From Nitrospirota bacterium (GTDB lineage Bacteria; Nitrospirota; Thermodesulfovibrionia; Thermodesulfovibrionales; Dissulfurispiraceae): a stretch of DNA of 64,000 nt. The DNA is taken from the NCBI GenBank assembly GCA_963790025.1, contig CAWBMP010000002.1:256001-320000 (forward strand), read 5' to 3'. Under the pieces are notes generated by a model that made no database searches, had not been told where the DNA came from, and worked only from the letters and a program-made list of their open reading frames with translations. The position numbers and the translations under genes are program-made. Of this stretch, positions 8,813 to 18,363 are shown piece by piece. Each line of letters opens with the position of its first letter. The stretch's first letter is position 1.

Positions 8813-11745
8813 TTACTTTGGGAGGGTAAGGCTGAACGTGCTTCCTTCCCCTGGAACACTTGCGACCCATATCCTGCCACCGTGTGCCTCGACAATTGTT
8901 TTGGCAATGGACAGACCAAGGCCCGAACCCTTTGTGTCCCTGCTCACGCGATAGAATGCGTCAAAAATATAAGGGATATGATTTTCAGGGATGCCGACCC
9001 CCGTGTCTATCACCTGCGCAAGAACATCCTTTTCTCTTTCAAAAAGCTTAATTGTAACGGTCCCCCCGGGATTCGTATATCTTATCGCATTGTCAAGGAG
9101 ATTGGTAAAAACCCTGCTGATCATTGGAGAATCGACACTTACAGTAAATGAGGCAGACTCCGGCGTCTTCTCATAAAGAACAGTAATGTTTTTATTGTCC
9201 GCTTCCAGTTTTTCAGTGTCGATCAACTTTGCCAAAATAACGTCCAAATCATATGCAGCCGGTATTGGTTTGCATTCTTTTGCCTCAAATCTTGAAAATT
9301 CGAGGAAATCGCGCACCAACTCTTCCAATTTTTTCAGTTCATCATTTATTACATCAAGACACCCCTGCTCCATTTCCGAACGAGAGTCTCTTTTACAGGC
9401 CCGCAGCCTCGCTAAAAACCCCCCGCCGTTATCACGGGATTCTTCATATCATGGGCAAACATAGAGAGGATGTTCTTTCGTTCCCTTTCCAATCTATTTT
9501 GTTCGGTAATGTCCTCTATAATGACCACAAACCCACCCGAGGGGTCCTTAAATGGGCTTATATATATTCTGAAGGTTTTCTGTTCGGTTGTCCGGCACGT
9601 AATGTCCAGTTTCTGGTTCTGCCTGAAAACATCCTCCGGAATCCAGGGGAGTAACGCCAGTATGTTTTTTTCTGATGCATTTTCTTTTTCAATCCCGGCC
9701 ATTGCCTCCATTTCCTTGTTCCAGTATTTGACTTTCAACAATGAATCAATCGTGATAATGCCCACAGGCGCACTTTCAATGATGTTTTCAGTGAATTCCT
9801 CCAGATACGACAACTCCCGGTTGGCTTCCGCAAGTTCATGACTCGAAAGCCTCAGGCTTTCGGTGATTTGCTTTATGGATTCAGATAGGTCTTCACGTTC
9901 TTTTTCCGTTAACACAAATTTGTTTTTAAAAATGATGGCTGCCATTGAAGAACCTATGGCGCCCGAGAGTATCTTTTCCGCTTCGTCCCGCAGTTCAAAG
10001 AGGTCTTTTGGCGTGAGTTCATCTGAATTTTTCTTTTTTTGGTCCAAAAAATTTACTAGTACACCCTTTGCCTGGGGCCTACCAAGATACCTGGCAAGAA
10101 TGTCCTCAACATCATTATGTGTGAATGATCCGCCTGGTCCCAATCCCTTAACTCTCTCATAGGATTCAACAAAAATGAGTGATTGGATCTCCTCTTCCCC
10201 GGACCGTTTGGTAAATAGTGATACCCCAACATATAGGCCCAGGTTGAAAAGCATACTCCAGAAGAGGGCATGCCCCCACTTCCCCAGTCCTTTTATTCCA
10301 AAGAGATGGTTCGGATTGAACATCTCAGAATTGATCAAAAATGTGATAATTCCCTTATTCTGTAAAATCCCTGCCGTCATCAGGGCAGGCAGGATGAGAG
10401 TATAGGTCAGGATGACAAAACCGGCAATAAGGCCGGTAATGGCCCCTTTTTTATTCCCGCTCTTCCAGTACAGGCCGAGCAGGAATGCAGGTGCAAAGAG
10501 TGTCACAGCTTCGAACGATTTGAGCCCCATGTCTACAAGACTGTAGTATTCACCCATAAGATGTGTAAAGAGATACCCTAAAAGGACGACCCCAAGGATA
10601 ACAAGCCTTTTCATATTTAGAATAATACCCGGGAACCTGGGACTGTCCTGGAATCCCATAAGTGAGGGCATAATGATGCTGTTCATGACCATGGTGCTCA
10701 GGGCGAGAGACTCAACAATCACCATGCTCGTTGCCGCAGAAAAACCGCCTATGAAGGCCAGCAGTGAGAGGTATTTCTTCCCGTGATTCAGCGGCAAGGT
10801 GAGGACGAAATAATCAGCCTCTTTCAGAATGCCCCCAAGAAGCAGACCGCCGGAGGCAATAGGGACCACAAAAATATTTATCATGAAGAGGTACAATGGA
10901 AACAGCCAGGCAGCTTTTGCGATATGGGCCTCATCATAATTCTCCACAACCGCCATGTGAAATTGACGGGGTAAAAACATGATCGCCATCATGGAAAGAA
11001 AGAGAATAGCAAACCATTCGGAATAAGGAGTTCCCGACCCGGCCCCAAGAATCAGGAGATCCGAGAATCCGGACCCTCTGATCCGGGAAAGGACATCAGC
11101 AAAGCCGTCGAACAGGCCGTAAGTCACAAAAAGGCCGACGAGAATGAAGGCCGCTAATTTAATCAGGGACTCAAAGGCAATTGCAAAGACAAGCCCGCTG
11201 TGCCTTTCTGAAAAATCAAGGCGGCGTGCTCCAAAGATGATCGCGAACATTCCCAGAAAAAGAGTGACAAAAAGGCCCAGGGCAATGCCCGCTGCAGTTT
11301 TGCCTGATATTATCGCAAAAGTGCTGATTATAGCCTTGATCTGCAAACCAAGATATGGCGCTATGCCGGCAACGGCCACAAAGGTAACAAGGGCGTTGAG
11401 GAAAAGGGATTTCCCGTACCGTGAACTAATAAAATCCGATATGGTGGTAATCCTGTTTATCTTTGCAATTCTTACTATCCTCCTAAGGAGAATCACCCAT
11501 AAGGCCGCTATAAGGGTCGGCCCTAAATAAACAGGGAGAAAGGACAGCCCGGAGGTTGCAGCCTTGCCGACGCTCCCGTAAAAAGTCCAGGATGTGCAGT
11601 ATACGGCAAGAGAAAGAGAATAGATATAAGGGTTGTTGACAATGCTCTTCCCGGTACGTTCCTTTTTTTCCGCATAGTATGCTAGGGCAAAAAGGAGGAT
11701 TAGATAGCAGAAAGTAACAGCGAAAAGATTGAATGGTGCAAACAT
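8813..11745 (-). pseudogene. Sodium:solute symporter-PAS histidine kinase (CbrA/CrbS-like) split by a -1 frameshift at ~9412-9424
   Basis: ORF 9412..11745 has the SLAVYCTSWTFYGSVG and LPRQFH motifs, a PAS domain and the H-box FAHDMKNP, then stops. The rest of the kinase (NLLDNAIRY, DTGVGI, GSGLGL) continues in the -1 frame (8813..9373). Confidence 0.85.
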
Positions 11746-11753
11746 GGCGGAGC

Positions 11754-11954
11754 CTAAGGTTTCTTATACCGATTAGTTTTATAGTCCACAAAAGCCACAG
11801 ACGCGATATAGACGAGCCAGAAGATGAAGAGGTATGCAATCAACTCTGCACGGAATATCTCTAACAGAGGCCAGCTCAGGCATAATAATCCAAGAGCAAA
11901 AATAAATATGAGAATTTCAAGAGCACCCAATATTGCCCCCCTCATCTTTCGCAA
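11754..11954 (-). CDS. Small two-TM membrane protein upstream of the symporter-kinase
   Basis: 66 aa with two hydrophobic segments, co-oriented and 8 nt from the kinase start. Confidence 0.6.
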   Translation of the reverse strand: MRKMRGAILGALEILIFIFALGLLCLSWPLLEIFRAELIAYLFIFWLVYIASVAFVDYKTNRYKKP

Positions 11955-12096
11955 ATCGCTTGCCGGCGTTCGAGAGCTTTAAGTCCTTGAAAATATTATA
12001 TCACTGTCTCTTATACACCGCAATTTAAGGCAGTGGGTCGTATACGGGGCAGATCTTGACAAAGGCCATAAAAGCGTGATAGCTTCATAATTAGGA

Positions 12097-12558
12097 GTGA
12101 TTCCGAACATGAAGCGCAGCCCGGGACATAAGGAAATCGAACTGAAGATGATAGCCGGCCTCCGGGAGAAAGGGTATAAGCTGACCCCGCAGAGGCTTGA
12201 GACCATCAAAATTCTGGCGCATGACCAATCGCATCCCGGGGCCATGGATATTTTGCACAAGTTAAAGAAAACAGCACCGAAGATAAGCATGTCGACGGTC
12301 TATTACACCCTGGACATTCTGAAAAAGGAGGGACTGGTACAGGAACTTGAATTTTACGACAGGGACAACCGCTACGATGTTAACGTGTCGAGTCATATCA
12401 ATCTCATCTGCAAGAAGTGCGGAAAGATAGAGGATTTTGCGGGACCGCTGCCCTTCTCTTCTGAAACGATAGAAGGTAAAACCGGTTTTCGCCCTGTAGG
12501 AATGCGGTTCGAATTTTACGGGTTCTGTAAAAGGTGCAGGCGCAAGAAGCTGCTGTGA
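12097..12558 (+). CDS. Fur-family transcriptional regulator (possibly PerR-like)
   Basis: LTPQR, STVYYTL, HINLICKKCG and CKRC zinc motifs; precedes a catalase remnant. Confidence 0.9.
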   Translation: MIPNMKRSPGHKEIELKMIAGLREKGYKLTPQRLETIKILAHDQSHPGAMDILHKLKKTAPKISMSTVYYTLDILKKEGLVQELEFYDRDNRYDVNVSSHINLICKKCGKIEDFAGPLPFSSETIEGKTGFRPVGMRFEFYGFCKRCRRKKLL

Positions 12559-12651
12559 CGGTTCATGGCGTGGGCAGTAATTCGCTGTCTGGTGAAATTA
12601 ATTTGAACGTTCTGCTTAGGGCAGATACTAAAATTAAGAATGGAGGTTGTT

Positions 12652-12865
12652 ATGGCAGAAAAAACTAACCACCAACGGCGGCGCTCCCGTCGTTGACAAC
12701 CGGAACATCATGACCGCAGGGAAGCACGGACCCGCGCTCCTGCAGGATGTCTGGTTCCTGGAGAAACTCGCACACTTTGACGGGGAGGCAATCCCGGATC
12801 GCCGCATGCACGCCAAGGGAGCAGCGGACGCACTAGGCATCCCGCTGAGCGAAATACTCAAATAG
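12652..12865 (+). pseudogene. katA: Catalase remnant with a large internal deletion and a 5' frameshift
   Basis: [40 protein letters not shown] is the monofunctional catalase N-terminus; only about 70 codons remain. The ATG at 12652 after GGAGG is out of frame across an A6 run. Confidence 0.88.
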
Positions 12866-12984
12866 TCAGAGAGTAGTCTTCGGACAGAGGCAGTCAGCGC
12901 GGGAACATATTTATAAACTTGATAATCATCATGCTATGGACTGGTGGTCTCCACCCGTCCCCGGAAAAAAGGAGGTACAAACTA

Positions 12985-13374
12985 ATGACAGGTTATGTTG
13001 GTCCTATTGAGAAGGCGACGTTAAATAACAACTTCTTCCGTCAAGTACTATTCACCGGCAAATACAGCCAGCTTGTGGTGATGTGTTTGCAGCCTAATGA
13101 GGAAATCGGCAACGAAGTACACTCTAACGTCGACCAGTTCTTCCGCATTGAAGAAGGTAATGCTAAATTCGTTTTAAATAACAAGGAGGAGCATCTTGTC
13201 GGTGATGGTGACGCGGTTGTGGTGCCTGCCGGCGCATACCACAACGTGATCAATACGTCTTCGACCAAACCGCTCAGGCTATACACCGTATACACTCCTC
13301 CGAATCATCCTGACGGGACGGTGCACAAGACCAAGGCCGAAGCAGATGCAGCGGAGGCCGCGGAACACCACTAA
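12985..13374 (+). CDS. Cupin-domain protein
   Basis: NNFFRQVLFTG.YSQLVVM..EIGNEVH..DQFFRIEEG..VPAGAYHNVIN; AGGAGG RBS supports the ATG at 12985 rather than 12919. Confidence 0.88.
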   Translation: MTGYVGPIEKATLNNNFFRQVLFTGKYSQLVVMCLQPNEEIGNEVHSNVDQFFRIEEGNAKFVLNNKEEHLVGDGDAVVVPAGAYHNVINTSSTKPLRLYTVYTPPNHPDGTVHKTKAEADAAEAAEHH

Positions 13375-13386
13375 ATTTATTGCGGC

Positions 13387-13444
13387 CGTCTATTTTCTTG
13401 GTATAGAGTCTTTTCTTTCCTAATATATGCTGAGAAAATAGACG
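13387..13444. repeat. Intergenic inverted repeat (hairpin or REP-like element)
   Basis: CGTCTATTTTCT ... AGAAAATAGACG, 12-bp perfect arms extendable with G-U pairs, just after the cupin stop. Confidence 0.65.
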
Positions 13445-13502
13445 CTGCTGTCAAATCCTCATCAATGATAAACGGTTTACAGGCAGGATTGCCAAAGCCG
13501 GG

Positions 13503-13586
13503 TTACACTTCAATCGGTTTTATGATGAGCACAACCGCCATGACTACGAATACTATAGTTTCGGAGGCAGGCCCCCAGTACCAACA
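13503..13586 (-). pseudogene. Possible remnant of a LivH-type ABC permease C-terminus
   Basis: Minus strand reads WYWGPASETIVFVVMAVVLIIKPIEV*, resembling the last helix of branched-chain amino-acid permeases; no start codon or upstream body. Confidence 0.4.
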
Positions 13587-13660
13587 ATGAATGTGTTATA
13601 ATTTGCAGCGTCATACTTCTAATACGAATCTCTTACTGACATCGTGGGAGGCCCAAAAAA

Positions 13661-13831
13661 ATGACAATAAAAAAAACTATTCAGTTCAGGAACTGGCCGA
13701 TGTTTTGGAAAATCGGTACAGTTCCGTCGCTCGCAATGGGCATGGTGGGGCTGGCAATGATTTTATGGTTCGTACCGTTGGTTCAGGAGACGATGAGCGA
13801 CAAAATTAGCACAGAAGTAAATCTGGTATAA
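13661..13831 (+). pseudogene. 56-aa single-TM ORF, probably the truncated N-terminus of a chemoreceptor or sensor
   Basis: GGGAGG RBS; MTIKKTIQFRNWPMFWKIGTVPSLAMGMVGLAMILWFVPLVQETMSDKISTEVNLV*; not in the ORF track. Confidence 0.5.
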
Positions 13832-13839
13832 TTTAACAT

Positions 13840-14199
13840 ATGTATTTCTTCATACACCTTTTCATTAATACGATTGCGCTCTGGGTGGCTGCAAAAGTCG
13901 TTTCGGGCATCACGTACCACGGGCCATGGCATGGGCTGCTGCTCGTTGCGGTGGTCTTTGGGGTCTTGAATGCGTTTGTGCGGCCGGTCCTGAAATTACT
14001 ATCTTTCCCTCTCGTCATTTTGACGCTCGGACTATTTATTTTTGTGCTTAACGCCTTTATGCTCTGGCTTACCAGCGCAGCATCAAAGGCCCTCGACCTT
14101 GGATTCGTTGTTGCCGGTTTCTGGCCCGCTTTATGGGGTGGACTTGTCATCAGCATTATCAATATGATCATGTCCGTCCTGATCAACCACCAGGAGTAA
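13840..14199 (+). CDS. YvlD/DUF360 (phage holin-like 4TM) membrane protein
   Basis: GVLNAFVRPVLKLLSFPLVILTLGLF.FVLNA..GFWPALWG. Confidence 0.9.
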   Translation: MYFFIHLFINTIALWVAAKVVSGITYHGPWHGLLLVAVVFGVLNAFVRPVLKLLSFPLVILTLGLFIFVLNAFMLWLTSAASKALDLGFVVAGFWPALWGGLVISIINMIMSVLINHQE

Positions 14200-14204
14200 A
14201 TTCA

Positions 14205-16607
14205 TTGCTGCAAAATGAGCCGCTCGGTTCCTTCTCCATAAATCTTCTTGAATTCAACAAGCTGCTCGGGATAATCGCCGACTTTGCTCACAGCGGGGCA
14301 TCGCGGGATGCGGTGCTCTCAATGCGTCCTCTGGGTGACAGGAGCAGTATTGAAAAGAGACTCGGGCAAACCGGCGAGATCATGAGGATATATGACGGAG
14401 GCGGCACGCTCTCGATACTCCCTTTCTCCGACATCACGCCGCTGCTTGCAAGGTTGGCCCCTGAAGGCGCTGTGCTCGAAGGAGCGGAACTCGCTGAATT
14501 CATACCCGTGCTCGAAAACATGACCGGTATCGCATCCCAGATAAGACAGCGTGGCGACCTCCTTCTCTTGAATGAACTTGCAAGCACGCTGACGGGATTC
14601 CCGGAAATCCTCCGTGTTCTGGAGGGGTCGCTTGACAGCGAGGGCACAATCCTCGACAGTGCCTCCCATACACTTGCAGAACTGCGGGGCCGGATACGCA
14701 GGCTCGAAAGCAGGATACGGAAAAAGCTTGAAGAGATAGTAAGGAACGGAAATGTCGCCGTCTTTTTGCAGGATGATTTTATTACAACGAGGTCCGGCAG
14801 GTGGGTAATCCCCGTAAGAATGGATTCCAAGGGACAGGTCCCCGGGGTTGTGCATGATGTCTCAAAGTCAGGGGAGACTGCGTTTGTAGAACCGCTGGCA
14901 ATCATCAACCTGGCTAACGAACTTGAAAACCTCGTCGCAGGGCAAAGAGCCGAAGAAATACGCATCTTGAGAGTGATGACCGCACAAATCCGCTCAGTGG
15001 CCGGTGACCTGGATAGCCAGTATCGTATTGTAGTTTACCTCGATGCCTTGCGCTGTATTGCAACGTTTGCCCTGATGTTCCGCATGCAGGTCCCGCAAAT
15101 CGCTGAAAAAAGCGTGCCGGGCACTATCAGGCTGGTGGACGCACGCCATCCTCTTCTTATGATAGCCCAAAAAAATAGGGACGACGCCCATTCCCCATTT
15201 TTCAATGTTGTCCCTCTTAATGTTACGCTCGGGGGCGACCACACGGTGATGGTGATCACCGGTTCCAATGCCGGCGGAAAAACTATAGCCATTAAAACGA
15301 TCGGCCTGCTTCAGATCATGGCGCTGACCGGTATGCCGGTACCCGCTGATTCCGCATCGAGCTTCCCGCTGTTTGACAAGCTGCTGCTCGATATCGGAGA
15401 CGAACAGTCAATCGAAAACAATCTATCCACTTTTTCGGGACATGTGGCGAATATTTCGAGAATATTGAAGACGGCTGATACACGGTCACTGGTACTGATA
15501 GATGAACTGGGCACCGGAACAGACCCTGACGAGGGAGGCGCCCTCGCTTGCGCTGTCCTGAAAGAACTCAGGGAATGCAGGGCCCTTGTTTTTGCAACCA
15601 CTCACCTCACGGACATAAAAGGTTTTGTGTACAGGACCGAGGGCATGCTGAACGCCTCTATGGAATTTGATCAAAATACCCTGACCCCCCTGTACCGGTT
15701 GAGGACAGGAGAACCGGGACAGTCTCACGCATTGGATATAGCGCGGCGATGCGGTTTGCCCGACACAATTATCGATTCGGCAAAGGCCATGCTCGGCGGC
15801 ATGAAAGTGGAATTTGATAACCTGATATCCGACCTGAGTGAAAAGAGGGCCCGTTATGAAAAGGAACTGGACGAAATCGGGAAGGAGCGCCTGGAAATAG
15901 CGGGAAAGAACAGGGCACTCGAGGTCGCACTGTCCGAGGCGGAAGCGAGACAAAAAGATTTACTTGCAAACGCGCATAGGGAGGCCGCTGAGATTGTTGC
16001 GAAGTCAAAAAGAGAGATGCATGCCCTGCTCGACGAGGTCAGGAAGAAGGATAGGGAGACAAGCCGGAACGCGATAAAACAGGCAGAGCTGCTACAGGAG
16101 AACATTGCCGCGAAAATCAGTGAATATGAAGGTCCAGCACACGGCACCCCGTCAATCGATGAGATCATGGAGGGTGATGTGGTATATGTCAAATCACTGG
16201 CCGGTGACGCCCCTGTTGTGGAAATAAATTTAAAGCATAACCGCATCAAGGTGGAGTCCGGAGGTAAAGAAGTCGACGTGCCGGTATCCGACATAGGATA
16301 CCGTCGGGGCAAGCAGGCAGTAGCGCGTCAGGAGACTATAAACATACTTAATCCTGATGAGAAGACCTCTTCACGAATCAACCTCGTGGGGATGAGGGTT
16401 GATGAAGCGCTCTCGCAGCTTGAGCCTTTTCTTAACCACGCATCACTTGCGGGGTTCACCGAGGTTATAGTTGTCCACGGGATCGGAGCTGGAATCCTGC
16501 TGAAGGCAGTGAGGGAGCACCTTGAGGGCCACCCCCTTGTGAAGGGCTTCAGAAGCGGGGTACCACGCGAAGGCGGCAGCGGAGTGACCGTAGTAACAAT
16601 GGCATAA
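14205..16607 (+). CDS. mutS2: MutS2 endonuclease/ATPase with Smr domain
   Basis: ITGSNAGGKT, DIGDEQSIE, DELGTGTDPDEG, C-terminal Smr (HGIGAGIL..GGSGVT); likely TTG start at 14205 after AGGAG. Confidence 0.95.
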   Translation: MLQNEPLGSFSINLLEFNKLLGIIADFAHSGASRDAVLSMRPLGDRSSIEKRLGQTGEIMRIYDGGGTLSILPFSDITPLLARLAPEGAVLEGAELAEFIPVLENMTGIASQIRQRGDLLLLNELASTLTGFPEILRVLEGSLDSEGTILDSASHTLAELRGRIRRLESRIRKKLEEIVRNGNVAVFLQDDFITTRSGRWVIPVRMDSKGQVPGVVHDVSKSGETAFVEPLAIINLANELENLVAGQRAEEIRILRVMTAQIRSVAGDLDSQYRIVVYLDALRCIATFALMFRMQVPQIAEKSVPGTIRLVDARHPLLMIAQKNRDDAHSPFFNVVPLNVTLGGDHTVMVITGSNAGGKTIAIKTIGLLQIMALTGMPVPADSASSFPLFDKLLLDIGDEQSIENNLSTFSGHVANISRILKTADTRSLVLIDELGTGTDPDEGGALACAVLKELRECRALVFATTHLTDIKGFVYRTEGMLNASMEFDQNTLTPLYRLRTGEPGQSHALDIARRCGLPDTIIDSAKAMLGGMKVEFDNLISDLSEKRARYEKELDEIGKERLEIAGKNRALEVALSEAEARQKDLLANAHREAAEIVAKSKREMHALLDEVRKKDRETSRNAIKQAELLQENIAAKISEYEGPAHGTPSIDEIMEGDVVYVKSLAGDAPVVEINLKHNRIKVESGGKEVDVPVSDIGYRRGKQAVARQETINILNPDEKTSSRINLVGMRVDEALSQLEPFLNHASLAGFTEVIVVHGIGAGILLKAVREHLEGHPLVKGFRSGVPREGGSGVTVVTMA

Positions 16608-16613
16608 ATAAAA

Positions 16614-16702
16614 AAAGGCTAAAGGGTTAAAAAAAAAGATTAAGAAGAGTCATTTTAAGTTTTGGTCTTCACCTTTTGCTTTTTCACCTTTAGCCTTTAG
16701 CC
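16614..16702. terminator. Imperfect inverted repeat between convergent mutS2 and por operon; likely bidirectional terminator
   Basis: AAAGGCTAAAGG ... CCTTTAGCCTTT arms with heptamer periodicity. Confidence 0.55.
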
Positions 16703-16707
16703 CGTTT

Positions 16708-18363
16708 TTACTTATCCAATGTCATCTGTATGTAGTGGCAGGGGCATTCTTTGGCGCAGAGCCCGCACCCTTTGCAAAAGTCGTAGTCGAATTCGAACTT
16801 GCCGGTTGCAGGGTCTTTCTTCACTGCATTGTCAGGGCAGTACATCAGGCAGTTATTGCACTGGAAGCAGAGACCGCAGCTGAAGCATCGGCCAGCCTCT
16901 TTGATGATCTCCGCATGTTCAAAAGGAGTATATATCTCAGTGAAGTTCTTCAACCTCACATGCACCGGCACCGCTTCCTTTTCGAAGCGCTTCGCTTCGC
17001 GATAGTAATATGTGTTTAAGTCCTTGGAATAAACCACAGGAGGTCTTGAGAGTCTGCTTTCCGTATGCCCCATGATAAAGTCCTCGATGGCGGAAGCAGC
17101 GTGCAGGCCCTGCCCAATGGCCGCCGATACGGTCTCGAGTCCCATCACGGCATCGCCTCCGGCAAACACCCGGTCCATTCCGGTCATCAATTGCTCGTTC
17201 ACATCGATCCATTGATTGTCTCTTTTGTTGATCTCGAAGCCGTCGTAATCCACCGACTGCCCCGTTGCCATGATCACCATATCAGCGGGAAGGACAAATT
17301 CCGATCCCGGGATAGGCACCGGTCTTGCGCGGCCTGAGGCATCAGCTTCTTTCAGCTCCATGCGCACGCAAAGTATGCCGATCACGTGGTTTTCGTCCGT
17401 TATGATCTTCACCGGGTTGGTGTGGTAACGGAACATGATCCGCTCTTCCATCGCCTCGTCTATTTCGGCAGAAATGGCCGGCATCTCGGTCCGGGTGCGG
17501 CGGTAGATAACACTCACATTTCCTCCAAGTCGCTTCGCTACCCTGGCACAGTCCATTGCAGTATTGCCGCCGCCGACAACAACAACGTCCCTTCCCACAT
17601 CCATCTTCTTACCGCTGTTGACCTCTCTCAAAAAGTTGATCCCCGTGAAGACATTCTGTGCGTCCTCACCAGGGATGTTCGTGGATATGCCTTTCTGGGC
17701 GCCAAGTCCCAGGAATACCGCGTCATACTCTCCGGTCAACTCATCGAGCGGTATGTTGACGCCTACGCGCACGTTGCATTCAAGCTCGATCCCGAGCTTC
17801 ATTATGGCCCCGATCTCGCGGTCCAAAACCTCTTTCGGCAGGCGGTATTCCGGAATGCCCCAGCGCATCATGCCGCCGGCCTCTTCCCCGGATTCGAAGA
17901 TCTTTACCCTGAACCCCCTTTTTGCGAGGTGAAAAGCGCACGACAGACCGGCAGGGCCTGAGCCCACTACGGCCACCTTCTCCTTCCTCACTGATGTAAT
18001 GATCTTCTTATGCCCGAGGCGTTTTTCCAAACCGTAATCGCCGATGCTCCGCTCCACGCAGTTAATAGACAACGGGGAATCGAAGTCACGCCGGTTGCAC
18101 TCCGATTCGCAAAACCCCGGGCAAACCCTGCCGCAGACTGCAGGCAAAGGGTTTGTCCGTGTGAGTACATGCCAAGCCTCCTCAAAGTCATGACTTTGTA
18201 CCAGCGTCCCGAGAAATCCCCGGATGTCATTGCCGGCCGGACACCGGTGTGTGCACGGCGGGGTCTGCTGAATGTTTACAGGCATCATGGTACGCCACGA
18301 GCCTGTCTTGTAAGGAACTACTTTTCTTAATTCCAGGGCCAACCCTAAAGGTAACTTTTCCAT
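16708..18363 (-). CDS. PorD(delta)-like ferredoxin fused with a GltD/SudA-like FAD/NAD(P) oxidoreductase
   Basis: N-terminal KTGSWR, CP..CGRVCP..CESEC, GSGPAG, GGGNTAMD, YRR, GGD, C-terminal CFQCNNC...CP and DYDFCKGCGLCAKECP. Confidence 0.88.
   Translation of the reverse strand: MEKLPLGLALELRKVVPYKTGSWRTMMPVNIQQTPPCTHRCPAGNDIRGFLGTLVQSHDFEEAWHVLTRTNPLPAVCGRVCPGFCESECNRRDFDSPLSINCVERSIGDYGLEKRLGHKKIITSVRKEKVAVVGSGPAGLSCAFHLAKRGFRVKIFESGEEAGGMMRWGIPEYRLPKEVLDREIGAIMKLGIELECNVRVGVNIPLDELTGEYDAVFLGLGAQKGISTNIPGEDAQNVFTGINFLREVNSGKKMDVGRDVVVVGGGNTAMDCARVAKRLGGNVSVIYRRTRTEMPAISAEIDEAMEERIMFRYHTNPVKIITDENHVIGILCVRMELKEADASGRARPVPIPGSEFVLPADMVIMATGQSVDYDGFEINKRDNQWIDVNEQLMTGMDRVFAGGDAVMGLETVSAAIGQGLHAASAIEDFIMGHTESRLSRPPVVYSKDLNTYYYREAKRFEKEAVPVHVRLKNFTEIYTPFEHAEIIKEAGRCFSCGLCFQCNNCLMYCPDNAVKKDPATGKFEFDYDFCKGCGLCAKECPCHYIQMTLDK

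Noticed and set aside
13840..14199. Prophage holin
   Set aside because: This family is common in chromosomes and no phage genes surround it.
16708..18363. DsrL or glutamate synthase small subunit
   Set aside because: Similar architecture, but there are no dsr or gltB genes nearby and the gene is coupled to porB with PorD-like termini.
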